64,000 nucleotides of DNA from an uncultured Acidobacteriota bacterium (GCA_963824405.1 CAWGPK010000007.1:92176-156175), one strand, 5' to 3'; shown: positions 1 to 9,360, numbered from the stretch's first letter. Notes: a model not told the origin generated them from the sequence alone. Program-made: numbers and translations.

Positions 1-513
1 GGAGTCGTCGATGGTGACGTGGCCGACGGCATAGCCCTTTTGCTTGAGCAAGGCGCGGAAGCGGTCGCGCTTATCCGCGGTGTCGCCCTCCTTCAGGAAT
101 GGGTACCGAAACAGGCGGGTGAAGCGGTGGTAGGGCTTGACGAGCGGCTCGTTGCGGTCGAAGTCCGCCACGAAGTCGTCGTAGGTCGTTTTCTCCGAAT
201 TGAAGTTGAGGTGCGAATAGGAGTGATTGCAGATCAGGTGGCCGGCCTCGTCCCACTGGCCCAGGAGTTCCTTGCCTTGGGCGGAGTCCACCCTCATGCC
301 GCAAACGAAAAGGGCGATCTTCAAGTTCCATTTTTCCAGGGTGTCGAGGAATGCACGATTGGCCGCTTTCCAGGAGAGGCTGGCGCTGACGGTGGTGGCG
401 GGGTCGTCGATGGTGACGGCGACGCGCGGCCTTTCCGGCGGCGCTGCGCGGAGCGGAAGAGCGGCTGCGGCGGCTGCGGCCCCGCAGTGGCGGAGGAATT
501 CACGTCGACGCAC
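1..513 (-). CDS. Polysaccharide deacetylase (NodB/CE4) family protein with twin-arginine leader; C-terminal part lies beyond the window edge
   Basis: Open frame absent from the ORF track because it has no stop inside the window. GTG at 511-513 (complement) gives VRRREFLRHCGAAAAAALPL...RVAVTIDDP...LFVCGMRVDS...HLICNHSYSHLNF...FRYPFLKEGD. It has an RRxFL Tat motif plus TIDD, HxxxSH and RYPF blocks typical of CE4 deacetylases. Confidence 0.7.
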   Translation of the reverse strand, partial: MRRREFLRHCGAAAAAAALPLRAAPPERPRVAVTIDDPATTVSASLSWKAANRAFLDTLEKWNLKIALFVCGMRVDSAQGKELLGQWDEAGHLICNHSYSHLNFNSEKTTYDDFVADFDRNEPLVKPYHRFTRLFRYPFLKEGDTADKRDRFRALLKQKGYAVGHVTIDDS

Positions 514-566
514 GGAGGAAATATATCACGCGCGCGGGGCCGCTCGGCCCCGCGTGCGGCATGGAG

Positions 567-1511
567 TTAGCGCGCGGTGGCCACCGGGGCGGCAACGGGT
601 GTAAGCCAGTGGTGCCGGTCGGGCTTGGAGCCGGTGAGGATGGCGAAAAACTCCTCTTGCAGGCGCTTGGTGATGGGGCCGCGACGGCCGGCGCCGACGG
701 TGATGCGGTCGACGGAGCGCAGCGGCGTGATTTCGGCGGCGGTACCGGTGAAAAAGACCTCGTCCGCGATGTAGAGCATTTCGCGCGGGATCATCTCCTC
801 GCGCATGGGAATGCCCAAGTCCTCGCAAAGAGTCATGATGGTGCCGCGGGTAATTCCCGGCAGAACGCTCGAAGCCAGCGGCGGCGTATAGATGGCGCCG
901 TCGCGGACGATAAAGATGTTTTCGCCGGAGCCTTCGCTGACGTAACCGTTGGCGTCGAGAGCGATGCCCTCGGCGTAGCCGTTGGCGATCGCCTCCATGC
1001 GAATGAGCTGAGAATTCATGTAATTCGCGCCCGCCTTGGCCATCGATGGCAGCGTATTGGGCGCGAGGCGAGCCCAGGAGCTGACGCAGACGTCCACGCC
1101 CTGTTCCAGGGCTTCGGCGCCCAGATAAGCGCCCCACTCCCAGCACGCCATGTAAGTTTCGATGGGACAGGGAAGCGGGTTGACGTTGACGTCGCCGTAG
1201 CCGCGAATCATCAGCGGCCGGATGTAGCAGGAGCTGAGGTGATTTTCGCGCACGATATCGAGCGCGGCGGTAGAGAGCTGCTCCACCGTGTAGGGGCTCT
1301 TCATGCGATAGATGTAAGCCGAGTGCACCAGGCGCTGCATGTGTTCGCGCAGGCGGAAGGCCGCCGGGCCATTCTTAGTTTCGTAGCAGCGGATGCCCTC
1401 AAAGACCGACGAGCCATAGCTCACGACGTGGGACAGCACATGAATTTGTGCCTGGTCCCAGGGGATTAACTTGCCGTTGTGCCAGATCCATTCGGTCTTT
1501 TTCAGTGCCAT
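567..1511 (-). CDS. ilvE: Branched-chain amino acid aminotransferase (class IV)
   Basis: 314-aa [46 protein letters not shown]...; full-length IlvE-like sequence. Confidence 0.9.
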   Translation of the reverse strand: MALKKTEWIWHNGKLIPWDQAQIHVLSHVVSYGSSVFEGIRCYETKNGPAAFRLREHMQRLVHSAYIYRMKSPYTVEQLSTAALDIVRENHLSSCYIRPLMIRGYGDVNVNPLPCPIETYMACWEWGAYLGAEALEQGVDVCVSSWARLAPNTLPSMAKAGANYMNSQLIRMEAIANGYAEGIALDANGYVSEGSGENIFIVRDGAIYTPPLASSVLPGITRGTIMTLCEDLGIPMREEMIPREMLYIADEVFFTGTAAEITPLRSVDRITVGAGRRGPITKRLQEEFFAILTGSKPDRHHWLTPVAAPVATAR

Positions 1512-1671
1512 CTCAGGTGCTCCTGAGGGAATTATAGCATGGCCTTTTCGGGGAACTCGATTGCGAATCGGCGTGCGCAGGTTGGATGCAGGAGGCGGAA
1601 TGGGCGGGCAAACGTGCCCGCGGGCTCGAATCGCTCAGGCGCGCGGCCTCGTGATGAGAGGAGTCCGAAGG

Positions 1672-2544
1672 CTAGCGAGGAGCGACGAGGGGAGCAGGAC
1701 GGTCCGCGGGAGCCGTGCGCTCGATGGTGAGGAAGTCGGTGCGGGCGGCGGAGCGCAGATTGCCGTGCGCGATCTCCCATAAGCCGAGGAGCAGGAAGGG
1801 AACTATGGTTGCCATGGCTAGGGCTTTGGCGCGAGGGCCGACCTTTTCTTCCGGCTCCCAGCGGAAGAGCTGCTGGCTGAGGAAGAAGGCCATAGCCGCG
1901 CTTACAGAGAGGGCGATTATTTCGGGTCCGATCTGCGAGATGCCCACGCGGGCCACCATGACGCGCTCGAAGCCGGTGACGAGATAGGTCGCCGGAAGAA
2001 ACAGCGCGAAGCGTTGCAACCAGACCGGCAGCATGGGCAGAGGAAGCGTGGCTCCGGAGAGAAAGAGAAAAGCCGACCAGAGGATCTGGTTGATGACCTG
2101 GGTCTCCTGAGTGCTGTTGGTGACGCTGGCGATGATCAGGCCGAGCGCGGCGAAGGTGACGATTCCAAGCGTGACCAGAAGGAAGATGCCGCCCAGGTTT
2201 CCCCATCCCTGCATGTGGAAGATTCCCCGCGCCAGCTCGAATTCGATCGCCACCGTCGGCAGCGTGAGGATGTAGTTCGAAAGGATGCTCGAGAGCAGCA
2301 ACGCTCCCGGGCCGACCGGGGCCACTCGGAAGCGGCGCAGGATGCCCTGCTCGCGGAAGGTCACCAGCTGCACGCTCAGCCCCCAGAAGCTGCCCATCAC
2401 CGTTATGGCCAGGACCGACGCAAGCATGTAGGGCACGGCGGCCACGTTGCTGCGGGCGAAGAGTCCGAGAAACAGGAACAGGAAGATCAGCGGAAAGATC
2501 AGGCTGAAAAAAATAAAGGCGCGGTTGCGTAAAGCCAAGCGCAT
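1672..2544 (-). CDS. ABC-2 type transporter permease
   Basis: Track ORF 1672..2904 trimmed to the ATG at 2542-2544 (complement), MRLALRNRAFIFFSLIFPLIF..., about 30 nt after the stop of the upstream ATPase. The protein is multi-TM and hydrophobic. The longer N-extension overlaps the ATPase and is Arg/Pro-rich junk. Confidence 0.8.
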   Translation of the reverse strand: MRLALRNRAFIFFSLIFPLIFLFLFLGLFARSNVAAVPYMLASVLAITVMGSFWGLSVQLVTFREQGILRRFRVAPVGPGALLLSSILSNYILTLPTVAIEFELARGIFHMQGWGNLGGIFLLVTLGIVTFAALGLIIASVTNSTQETQVINQILWSAFLFLSGATLPLPMLPVWLQRFALFLPATYLVTGFERVMVARVGISQIGPEIIALSVSAAMAFFLSQQLFRWEPEEKVGPRAKALAMATIVPFLLLGLWEIAHGNLRSAARTDFLTIERTAPADRPAPLVAPR

Positions 2545-2573
2545 GCGGACCTTGGTGAGTGTCCAGGCGTTTC

Positions 2574-3494
2574 TCAATCGCGGAGGCTCCTTCCAGTAAG
2601 CTCGAGGAAGACGTCCTCGAGCGAGGGCGCGGCGATATCCAGGCTGGCGAGCTCGTTGCCTTGCGCCTCGAGGTATTTCACCAGGGAAACGATGGTTGCA
2701 GGGACGCGGGTGGAGTGCATGATGTAAGCGCCGTCGGAGGCGTGGCAATCGGCGACGCCTTCGAGTTGCTTGAGCGCCGCGTCGGGCTCCGGCCGAGCCA
2801 GGCGCAACTCGATGCGGGTGGTGCCGGCGGAGCGCTGCTTGAGCTCGCGGGGAGTGCCCTGGGTGACCACGCGGCCCTGGTCGACGATGGCGACACGGTC
2901 GCACAGTTTTTCGGCTTCCTCGATGTAGTGCGTGGTCAGCAGGATGGTTTTCCGCTCCTTCTTCAGCTCCTCGATGATCGTATAGATTTCGCGGCGCACC
3001 TGCGGATCGAGCCCGGCCGTGGGCTCGTCGAGAAAGAGCACGCGAGGCTCGTTCACCAGAGACATGGCCAGGGCCAGGCGCTGTTTTTGGCCGCCGGAGA
3101 GCTGCGAATAGAAGGTATTGCGCTTCTCCTCCAGCCCGAATCGCTTGAGCAACGCGGCGGGATCGCGGCGGCGCTTATAGAAGCTGGCAAACATGGAGAT
3201 GGCTTCGCCGACGCGGAGCTTATCGGGAAGCGCGGTGGCCTGCAGGACGGCGCCGATCTCCTGCTTGAAGTCCGAACCGGAGCTTTGCGGGTCCAAGCCG
3301 CAAACGCTGACGATGCCGCCATCGGCAGGGCGGAGTCCTTCGAGGATTTCCACAGTGCTGGTTTTGCCGGCGCCGTTTGGCCCCAGCAGGCCAAAGACTT
3401 CGCCTTCCTCGACCTCGAAGCTGACGCCACGCAGGGCCTGCACGGGGCCGTAGTGTTTGGTCAGGTTAACAACCTGGATGATCGGAGCGCTCAC
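2574..3494 (-). CDS. ABC transporter ATP-binding protein
   Basis: Walker A GPNGAGKT, signature LSGGQKQR, Walker B LFLDEPT; 306 aa; directly upstream of the permease. Confidence 0.9.
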   Translation of the reverse strand: MSAPIIQVVNLTKHYGPVQALRGVSFEVEEGEVFGLLGPNGAGKTSTVEILEGLRPADGGIVSVCGLDPQSSGSDFKQEIGAVLQATALPDKLRVGEAISMFASFYKRRRDPAALLKRFGLEEKRNTFYSQLSGGQKQRLALAMSLVNEPRVLFLDEPTAGLDPQVRREIYTIIEELKKERKTILLTTHYIEEAEKLCDRVAIVDQGRVVTQGTPRELKQRSAGTTRIELRLARPEPDAALKQLEGVADCHASDGAYIMHSTRVPATIVSLVKYLEAQGNELASLDIAAPSLEDVFLELTGRSLRD

Positions 3495-3654
3495 GGTGCA
3501 AACGGTTATCTATAGCACATTTTAGGGACGGACGCGGCCAGGGAGCGAAATTGAGTGGCCGGTTAGACGGGTAAATGGGGAGTTATGCCAGATAAGGACT
3601 GGCTGAGGCCGACGTTCCGGCCAGGGGCTGCGGCTTTTGGGACCTTTTCCCCTT

Positions 3655-3858
3655 TCAGGAAAAAGTTCGGGTAGAGGTGCTTGCCAGGGAGTTTGGACCA
3701 ATGTCCAGTGAAAAGGGGCTGAGAGACGTCTGCTGAGGGGCTGGTTTGCTCGCCTGGACGCGCGCACGGGCCGCGCCTATACACCCGCTCGCAACGACCG
3801 AGCACGCCAGGGACAAAGCAAGGAGGATAAAAGACCGATAAGGCAAAGTTGGTTTCAT
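3655..3858 (-). CDS. Small putative lipoprotein (hypothetical)
   Basis: Internal ATG of track ORF 3655..4149 gives MKPTLPYRSFILLALSLACSVVASGC..., a signal peptide with lipobox. No family recognised. Confidence 0.3.
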   Translation of the reverse strand: MKPTLPYRSFILLALSLACSVVASGCIGAARARVQASKPAPQQTSLSPFSLDIGPNSLASTSTRTFS

Positions 3859-3997
3859 ATGCCCACCCAACACATTCGATGCTTTTCGGAGAAAAGGGGG
3901 GAGGAAAGTGCGGCGCTCATTTCTTGCGGCACGGGCCTGCCGCGACACCAGTCGGATTTGGCCCGGATGGCCTTTCGCTGTCGCGGGAGGCGCGACT

Positions 3998-4339
3998 CTA
4001 TTTTGAGGGTTTCTTCGATGGCCGCTTCGGAGATCCTTTCGGCGGCGCCCACCGATGCTCGGCGAGAGGGACGTGGCCGTTAACCAGGCGGACGCCTTCA
4101 CTTTCAAGAAGGCGACGCTGAAGGCTGGCGAACGGTTCGCGCACGGCAATGCGGCCGTCGGCCGCGAGGACGCGATGCCAGGGGATGCCCTGCCCGCGCG
4201 GGCTGGCGGCCATCGCGCGGCCCGCGGCGCGAGCCCCGCCGCGCAGGCGCGTGGCTCGCGCCAATTGTCCGTAGGTCATGACGCGGCCCTTGGGAATGCG
4301 CTCGACCAGGATGTAGACGCGGCTCCAGCCTTCGGCCAT
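3998..4339 (-). CDS. Alkyltransferase-like (ATL) protein: MGMT/Ogt DNA-binding domain with Trp replacing the acceptor Cys
   Basis: MAEGWSRVYILVERIPKGRVMTYGQLA...GIPWHRVLAADGRI. The PCHR motif reads PWHR, as in ATL proteins. Track ORF 3998..4801 trimmed to the ATG at 4337-4339 (complement). Confidence 0.7.
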   Translation of the reverse strand: MAEGWSRVYILVERIPKGRVMTYGQLARATRLRGGARAAGRAMAASPRGQGIPWHRVLAADGRIAVREPFASLQRRLLESEGVRLVNGHVPLAEHRWAPPKGSPKRPSKKPSK

Positions 4340-4701
4340 GCGCAGAAAGATAACGTTAGGGACCGCGATTTGCCAGTTCTGCCACCTTCCGAAACAGAAT
4401 AGGCAGAAAAAAGCATAGTCCCCGCATCTAATATGTCGGGTAAGAAGGCCCCAACGCTCCATCATTCCAGGTCGATTTCCCCCGCGGAGCTGACGATACG
4501 CGAAAGGGCATTTTTCTGCGGGTGTCGCTGGAGGAGCGCACGCGAGAAGCGCGGATGAAAAAAATCGATGGAGTTCATCGATTAAAGTGAGACGACGGCG
4601 GGAAAGGGCGAATTTGCCGCTGTTTTTGCGGGTTTGGGCGTGGCAGTAACCAACTCGGGGAGTAACCGTTAAGAGGCAGCGAAGCGATGGGAGATTGACT
4701 G

Positions 4702-4726
4702 TGTAGTGTACGGCGCTTACACTACA
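4702..4726. promoter_or_regulatory. Perfect 9-bp inverted repeat TGTAGTGTA-N7-TACACTACA (candidate operator or hairpin)
   Basis: Read directly: 4702-4710 and 4718-4726 are reverse complements. The repeat lies about 30 nt upstream of ATG 4757. Confidence 0.4.
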
Positions 4727-4756
4727 GTCATTGATTGGGGGCTTGAGGGGCCAAGT

Positions 4757-5191
4757 ATGGCTTTCGTACGGCGCAAAGGAAACGCGTATTACCTGGTGCA
4801 CAATGTGCGCGAGGGCGGCAAGGTGAAGCAGATTTACCTGGCCCGCCTGGGCGAACGCCCGCGGATCACGGACGAGGTGATGCGCCAGGTCAACCGCGCG
4901 TATCCATTCGTGGACATCAACTGGAGAGCGCTGCGCGAAGAGGTGAACAATCGCGTGGAGCTGTTCGACTCGAAGTCCGCGTATCTGCGCAAGCTCATCG
5001 CGACGCTTCGCACCCTCAATCTGGACTTAGCCGATCTTTTTCCTCCTCTGCTGGACGTGTCCGAGGCGCCCGCGACTGGTCACGAACTGGTGACGCAACT
5101 GCGGCTTTTGCACTCGACGGTGGGTGTGAAGCTGGACCAGTTCGATCGCGCGCCGCACCGGGCCGTGATGGCGGAGAGGAACTTTCGGTAA
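4757..5191 (+). CDS. Hypothetical protein; N-terminus resembles an AP2-like/arm-type integrase DNA-binding fold
   Basis: MAFVRRKGNAYYLVHNVREGGKVKQIYLARLG... resembles the MxxIRKRGNxY starts of tyrosine integrases, but there is no catalytic domain. The stop lies just before the RBS of the next gene. Confidence 0.55.
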   Translation: MAFVRRKGNAYYLVHNVREGGKVKQIYLARLGERPRITDEVMRQVNRAYPFVDINWRALREEVNNRVELFDSKSAYLRKLIATLRTLNLDLADLFPPLLDVSEAPATGHELVTQLRLLHSTVGVKLDQFDRAPHRAVMAERNFR

Positions 5192-5212
5192 GGGGTGAGG
5201 AGGCAAAAAACC

Positions 5213-6430
5213 ATGCGCGCCAGCCAGCGTAGGTCGTTAGACCCAAGCCTGAGAAGCATCGAGTCTCAGGAGTTCGAGAACGCTCTTCGCGAGAAGATCG
5301 TGGGGCAGGAGGAGGGCATTCGCGCTCTGGTCGACCTGTACCAGGTTTTCTGCGCGGGAATGTGCCCGAACGGACGGCCGGTGGGGAATTTGCTGTTTCT
5401 GGGGCCGACGGGTTCGGGCAAGACGCGCATCGTGGAGGCCGCCGCGGAAATTCTCTTCGGCGATCCGCGCGCGGTGATCAAGGTGGATTGCGCGGAATTT
5501 CAGCACTCCCACGAAATCGCCAAGCTGATCGGCTCGCCGCCGGGCTACCTGGGGCATCGCGAGACGCATCCGCTGATCACCCAGGAAGAGCTGGCGAAGT
5601 ATCACACCGATCAGTTGAAGCTCAGCTTCCTGCTCTTCGACGAAATTGAGAAGGCCTCCGACTCGCTCTGGCAGCTGCTGCTGGGCATGCTGGACAAGGC
5701 TACGCTGACTTTGGGCGATAACCGGCGAGTGGACCTTTCGCAGGTGGTGATTTTCCTGACCTCGAACCTCGGCGGCGGGGAGATCACCGAATTGATGAAC
5801 GGCGGTATGGGGTTTGTGCAGCCGCAGGACAAGCCCGCGGACACTCTGGACGGAAAAGTGACGCGCACGGCTCAGGAAGCGGCGCGGCGCAAGTTTTCGC
5901 CCGAGTTCATGAACCGCCTGGATAAGGTGGTGGTTTTCCATCCCCTGCGGCCCACGCAACTGGAGCAAATTCTGGAGATCGAGCTCTCCATGGTGCAGCG
6001 GCGCGTGTTGGATACGGCCAAGGGGCAGTTCCTCTTCCGCGTAACTCCGGCCGCACGCAATTTCCTGCTCCGCGAAGGCACGGACCTGAAATATGGCGCG
6101 CGTCACCTGAAGCGAGCTATCGAACGGAATATCGTCTATCCGCTGGCGAACCTGCTGGCGACGAGCCAGGTGCATCTGGGCGATCTGCTGTGCATCGACT
6201 GGGATGAGAACGAGCAGCGGCTCGTCTTCGAGAAGGAAGGCGAGGGCGCGGTACTGCCGATCGCCGCTCCGGCGGCAGCCGCCGCGGCGGGCGCACAGGC
6301 TGCCCGCGCGACCGGCGGCAAGCCTGCGGAGGCAGCTCCGACGATCGCAGCTCGCGAAGCCAGGGCGCCCATTGCCGTGCCCATAGCTCCCTTGCCGGCT
6401 CCTGCGAGCCGCAGGAAGAACGAATCGTAA
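5213..6430 (+). CDS. Stand-alone Clp/Hsp100 D2-type AAA+ ATPase (no N-domain, D1 or middle domain)
   Basis: GAGGAGG RBS 9 nt before ATG 5213. Walker A GPTGSGKT, Walker B LLFDEIEKA, sensor-1 LTSNLG, FSPEFMNRLD, sensor-2 GARHLKRAIE. The tail is Ala/Pro-rich. Confidence 0.85.
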   Translation: MRASQRRSLDPSLRSIESQEFENALREKIVGQEEGIRALVDLYQVFCAGMCPNGRPVGNLLFLGPTGSGKTRIVEAAAEILFGDPRAVIKVDCAEFQHSHEIAKLIGSPPGYLGHRETHPLITQEELAKYHTDQLKLSFLLFDEIEKASDSLWQLLLGMLDKATLTLGDNRRVDLSQVVIFLTSNLGGGEITELMNGGMGFVQPQDKPADTLDGKVTRTAQEAARRKFSPEFMNRLDKVVVFHPLRPTQLEQILEIELSMVQRRVLDTAKGQFLFRVTPAARNFLLREGTDLKYGARHLKRAIERNIVYPLANLLATSQVHLGDLLCIDWDENEQRLVFEKEGEGAVLPIAAPAAAAAAGAQAARATGGKPAEAAPTIAAREARAPIAVPIAPLPAPASRRKNES

Positions 6431-6440
6431 GAACGAAGTC

Positions 6441-6495
6441 GGGGCGCAACTTCCCTTGAGTGCGAGCTTCGGCTCGCCGATGGGAGTCGCGCCCC
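6441..6495 (+). terminator. Long GC hairpin after the AAA+ gene (possible U-tract-less terminator)
   Basis: GGGGCGC (6441-6447) pairs with GCGCCCC (6489-6495). Inner CGAGC-TTCG-GCTCG stem-loop. No T-run follows. Confidence 0.3.
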
Positions 6496-6588
6496 ACCCC
6501 CGCTCCAATCTCCTCAAAGAGCTTAACGTTGCTTTAAGCCGACCGCAGGAACAATTCTCCCACCGGGTGTGAACCTCAAGGAGGCCTC

Positions 6589-7644
6589 ATGAGGCTGTTC
6601 GTGCGCTTGGCGGGAATGGTGTCCATCGTTCTCCTCGTTGCCGGACTGGCCCTATCGCGCCCGGCCGATAGCGGCTACCACCTCCTCAACACCTATCCGT
6701 TCGGCGCCGCGCCCGGAAGCACCGGCGAATATTTCGATTACATCACCGTGGATCCCGCGACCCGGCGCGTTTACCTTTCGCGGGGCACTGCGGTGGAAGT
6801 CATGAACGCGGACACCGGAGGCGAAGTCGGCTACATCAGCGGATTTAAGCGGCAGCATGGCGTGGCCCTCGCGCCCGAATTCGGCCGCGGCTTCATCAGC
6901 GACGGGACCCTGGCGCAAGTGACCATCTTCGACCTGAAGACGCTGAAAACAGTAGGCCAGGCAAAGGCCGATCCCGATACCGACTGCATCGTTTACGATC
7001 CGGCGTCGAAGCGCGTCTTCACCATGAACGGCGATAGCCACAGCTCCACCGTGATCGACGCCAAAACCGGCATGGTCGTCGGGACGATCGATCTGATTGG
7101 CGCTCCCGAATTCGCCGTGGCCGACGGAAAGGGAATGATCTACGCCAATCTTGCCAATAAGGATGAAGTCGCGGCCATCGACACCCGCACCATGGAAGTG
7201 AAATCGCGCTGGCCCACGGCGCCGTCGGGAGGTTCCACGGCGCTGGCCATGGATCGCGAGCACCGGCGTCTTTTCAGCGCCGGCCGCAAGCCGCAAGTCC
7301 TGGTGATCATGGACGCGGACAGCGGGAAGGTGGTTCAGTCCTTTCCCATCACAGCGGGGACGGATGCCGTCGCCTACGATCCTGCGACCAAGTTGATCTT
7401 TGTTTCCACGCAAGAAGGCGAAATCCACATCTTCCACGAGGATTCGCCCGACCAATACAGTGTGGCCGGCACCGTCGATACTCAATTCGGGGCCAAAACG
7501 ATGGGACTCGACGCCAAGACGCACCGTTTATTCGTGGACACGTCCGACTTCAACAAGGCCGGCGCAGCCACGGCCGACCGCCCCAATCCCCGGCCGACGA
7601 CGGTACCGGGCACCTTCCGCGTGCTGGTCTACGGCCGCCAATAG
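6589..7644 (+). CDS. Secreted beta-propeller repeat protein (YncE/YVTN-like)
   Basis: Sec-type leader MRLFVRLAGMVSIVLLVAGLALS. Repeated blade-like units (VDPATRRVYLS, YDPASKRVFT, YDPATKLIFVS, LDAKTHRLFV). Confidence 0.6.
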   Translation: MRLFVRLAGMVSIVLLVAGLALSRPADSGYHLLNTYPFGAAPGSTGEYFDYITVDPATRRVYLSRGTAVEVMNADTGGEVGYISGFKRQHGVALAPEFGRGFISDGTLAQVTIFDLKTLKTVGQAKADPDTDCIVYDPASKRVFTMNGDSHSSTVIDAKTGMVVGTIDLIGAPEFAVADGKGMIYANLANKDEVAAIDTRTMEVKSRWPTAPSGGSTALAMDREHRRLFSAGRKPQVLVIMDADSGKVVQSFPITAGTDAVAYDPATKLIFVSTQEGEIHIFHEDSPDQYSVAGTVDTQFGAKTMGLDAKTHRLFVDTSDFNKAGAATADRPNPRPTTVPGTFRVLVYGRQ

Positions 7645-7696
7645 GAACGACAATACGACTCGAAAATTTCGAGGGAAGCCGGCAGCCCGCCAAAAG

Positions 7697-9205
7697 TCAG
7701 CTGCCGCGTTCGGGGTCGCTATTGCTGTTGCGCTTCCAGCGCAGGATGGGCTTGCGCGCGGCGGTGACTTCGTCCAAGCGGCCGACGCGGGTGTGGTGCG
7801 GCGCGGTCTTGACCAGATCGGGCTCGGTGGCAGCTTCCTCGGCGATGGAGCGCATGGCGTCGATGAAGAGGTCGCACTCTTCCTTGGACTCGGATTCGGT
7901 AGGCTCGATCATCAAGGCACCGGGAACGATCAGCGGGAACGCCGTCGTATACGGGTGAAAGCCATAGTCGATGAGCCGCTTGGCGATATCCATGGTGTTC
8001 ACGCCGAATTTCTTCTGGCGGTTATCGCTGAAGACCACCTCGTGCATTGACGGCGAGGAGTACGGCAGGTCGTAGACCCCCTCGAGATTTTTGCGGATGT
8101 AGTTGGCGTTCAGGACGGCGTCTTCGGTGGCCTGACGGATGCCCGGACCATAGGCCAGAATATAGGCCAAAGCGCGAACCAGCACGCCGAAATTGCCGCC
8201 GAACGCGCGCACGCGGCCGATGGATCGGGGCCGAATGGGATCGAGCACCAGATGGCCATTCCTCTCCACCAGCACCGGTACCGGAAGAAAAGGCTCGAGA
8301 TGCTTCTTCACCAGCACGGGGCCGGCGCCCGGCCCTCCGCCGCCGTGCGGCGTGGAAAAGGTCTTGTGCAGGTTGAGGTGCATGACGTCCACGCCGAAGC
8401 GTCCCGGCTGGGCCACGCCGGCGAGCGCGTTCATATTGGCGCCGTCCATATAAAGCTGGGCACCGCGGGCGTGCAGCAGTTCGGCAACTTCGGCGATGTG
8501 CGGCTCGAAGGTGCCTAGCGTGGAAGGATTGGTGACCATGAGCGCGGCTACGTCTTCGGTGACGATATTTCTCAGCTGCTCGACGTCGATCTGGCCGCGG
8601 CTATCGGAGCGAATGTTTTCGACTTCGTAGCCGGCGATCACGGCGCTGGCGGGATTGGTTCCGTGAGCCGAATCGGGGACCAGCACCTTCTTGCGCGGAT
8701 TGCCCTGGCTCTCGAGGTACGCGCGGATCAGCAGCAAGCCCGTCAATTCGCCTTGCGCGCCGGCCGCCGGCTGGAGCGTAGCGGCTTCCATGCCGGTGAT
8801 TTCGAGCAGGCATTTTTGCAGAGTCGCCAGGATTTTCAGGCAGCCCTGCGCCAATTGCTGCGGCTGATAAGGATGCTCGGTGGCTATGCCTTCCAGGCGC
8901 GCGATGTGTTCGTTGACGCGCGGATTGTATTTCATGGTGCAGGAGCCCAGCGGATACATGCCCAGATCGATGGCGTAGTTCCAGGTGGAGAGCCGCGTGA
9001 AGTGGCGGATCACCTCAATCTCGCTCACTTCGGGAAAGCCATCGAGATCGGCGCGGGCGTAATCGCCGAGCAGCGACTGCACGTCGACGGCGGGAACGTC
9101 GGAGGGGGGCAGTTCCATGCCGCGCTTTCCGGGCGCGGATCTCTCGAAGATCAGGCCTTCGTTCTGGCTGATGTTGCGGGCGGCTTTTTTGATCTTGTCG
9201 GACAA
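7697..9205 (-). CDS. gcvPB: Glycine dehydrogenase (decarboxylating) subunit 2
   Basis: 502 aa, full-length GcvPB-like sequence (...HLNLHKTFSTPHGGGGPG...). TTG start preceded by GAGGAA. Confidence 0.95.
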   Translation of the reverse strand: MSDKIKKAARNISQNEGLIFERSAPGKRGMELPPSDVPAVDVQSLLGDYARADLDGFPEVSEIEVIRHFTRLSTWNYAIDLGMYPLGSCTMKYNPRVNEHIARLEGIATEHPYQPQQLAQGCLKILATLQKCLLEITGMEAATLQPAAGAQGELTGLLLIRAYLESQGNPRKKVLVPDSAHGTNPASAVIAGYEVENIRSDSRGQIDVEQLRNIVTEDVAALMVTNPSTLGTFEPHIAEVAELLHARGAQLYMDGANMNALAGVAQPGRFGVDVMHLNLHKTFSTPHGGGGPGAGPVLVKKHLEPFLPVPVLVERNGHLVLDPIRPRSIGRVRAFGGNFGVLVRALAYILAYGPGIRQATEDAVLNANYIRKNLEGVYDLPYSSPSMHEVVFSDNRQKKFGVNTMDIAKRLIDYGFHPYTTAFPLIVPGALMIEPTESESKEECDLFIDAMRSIAEEAATEPDLVKTAPHHTRVGRLDEVTAARKPILRWKRNSNSDPERGS

Positions 9206-9276
9206 CGGATTCCTCGGCGTTTGCGATCCAGTCTTGTTCTAGGCTGCGCTTAATCCGCAACTCAAACCGAACAGCA

Positions 9277-9348
9277 GATCCCTCGAACTCCGCCTCGCGC
9301 GGCGCTGCGCGCCGGAAACAGAAGGCGCGAGGCTCCGCTCGGGATGAC
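9277..9348. repeat. Imperfect palindromic (REP/MITE-like) element in the gcvPA-gcvPB spacer
   Basis: CCTCGCGC (9293-9300) pairs with GCGCGAGG (9325-9332). Outer ATCCC/GGGAT pairing and inner GGCGC-TGC-GCGCC hairpin. The GTCATCCCGAGCGGAGC end resembles widespread intergenic palindromes. Confidence 0.5.
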
Positions 9349-9360
9349 AACAAAAAAGAA

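Noticed and set aside
19-570. 183-aa plus-strand ORF at the left edge
   Set aside because: It is antisense to a much better CE4 deacetylase frame (1-513, minus). The product is a low-complexity Ala/Gly/Arg-rich sequence typical of GC-rich shadow ORFs.
2545-2904. N-terminal extensions of track ORFs (1672-2904; likewise 3998-4801, 13582-15057, 26324-27508, 42918-43955, 50523-52334, 56656-57528)
   Set aside because: The extensions overlap the neighbouring gene or are Arg/Pro-rich with no family signal. Internal starts give canonical N-termini, signal peptides or RBS spacing.
3895-3915. RNase P RNA P4-like GAGGAAAGTGCGG
   Set aside because: There is one mismatch to the GAGGAAAGUCCGG core. No matching 3' P4 strand (ACAGAAnCCGGCUUA) or other conserved regions occur in the surrounding ~500 nt on either strand.
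5237-6517. Long antisense ORFs opposite real genes (also 561-1469, 2559-3515, 35367-36389, 41561-42736, 57536-58690, 59124-60392, 61858-62817 and others)
   Set aside because: All are Arg/Ala/Gly/Pro-rich and lack recognisable motifs. They lie opposite ORFs with clear family signatures, as expected for stop-poor antisense frames in GC-rich DNA.
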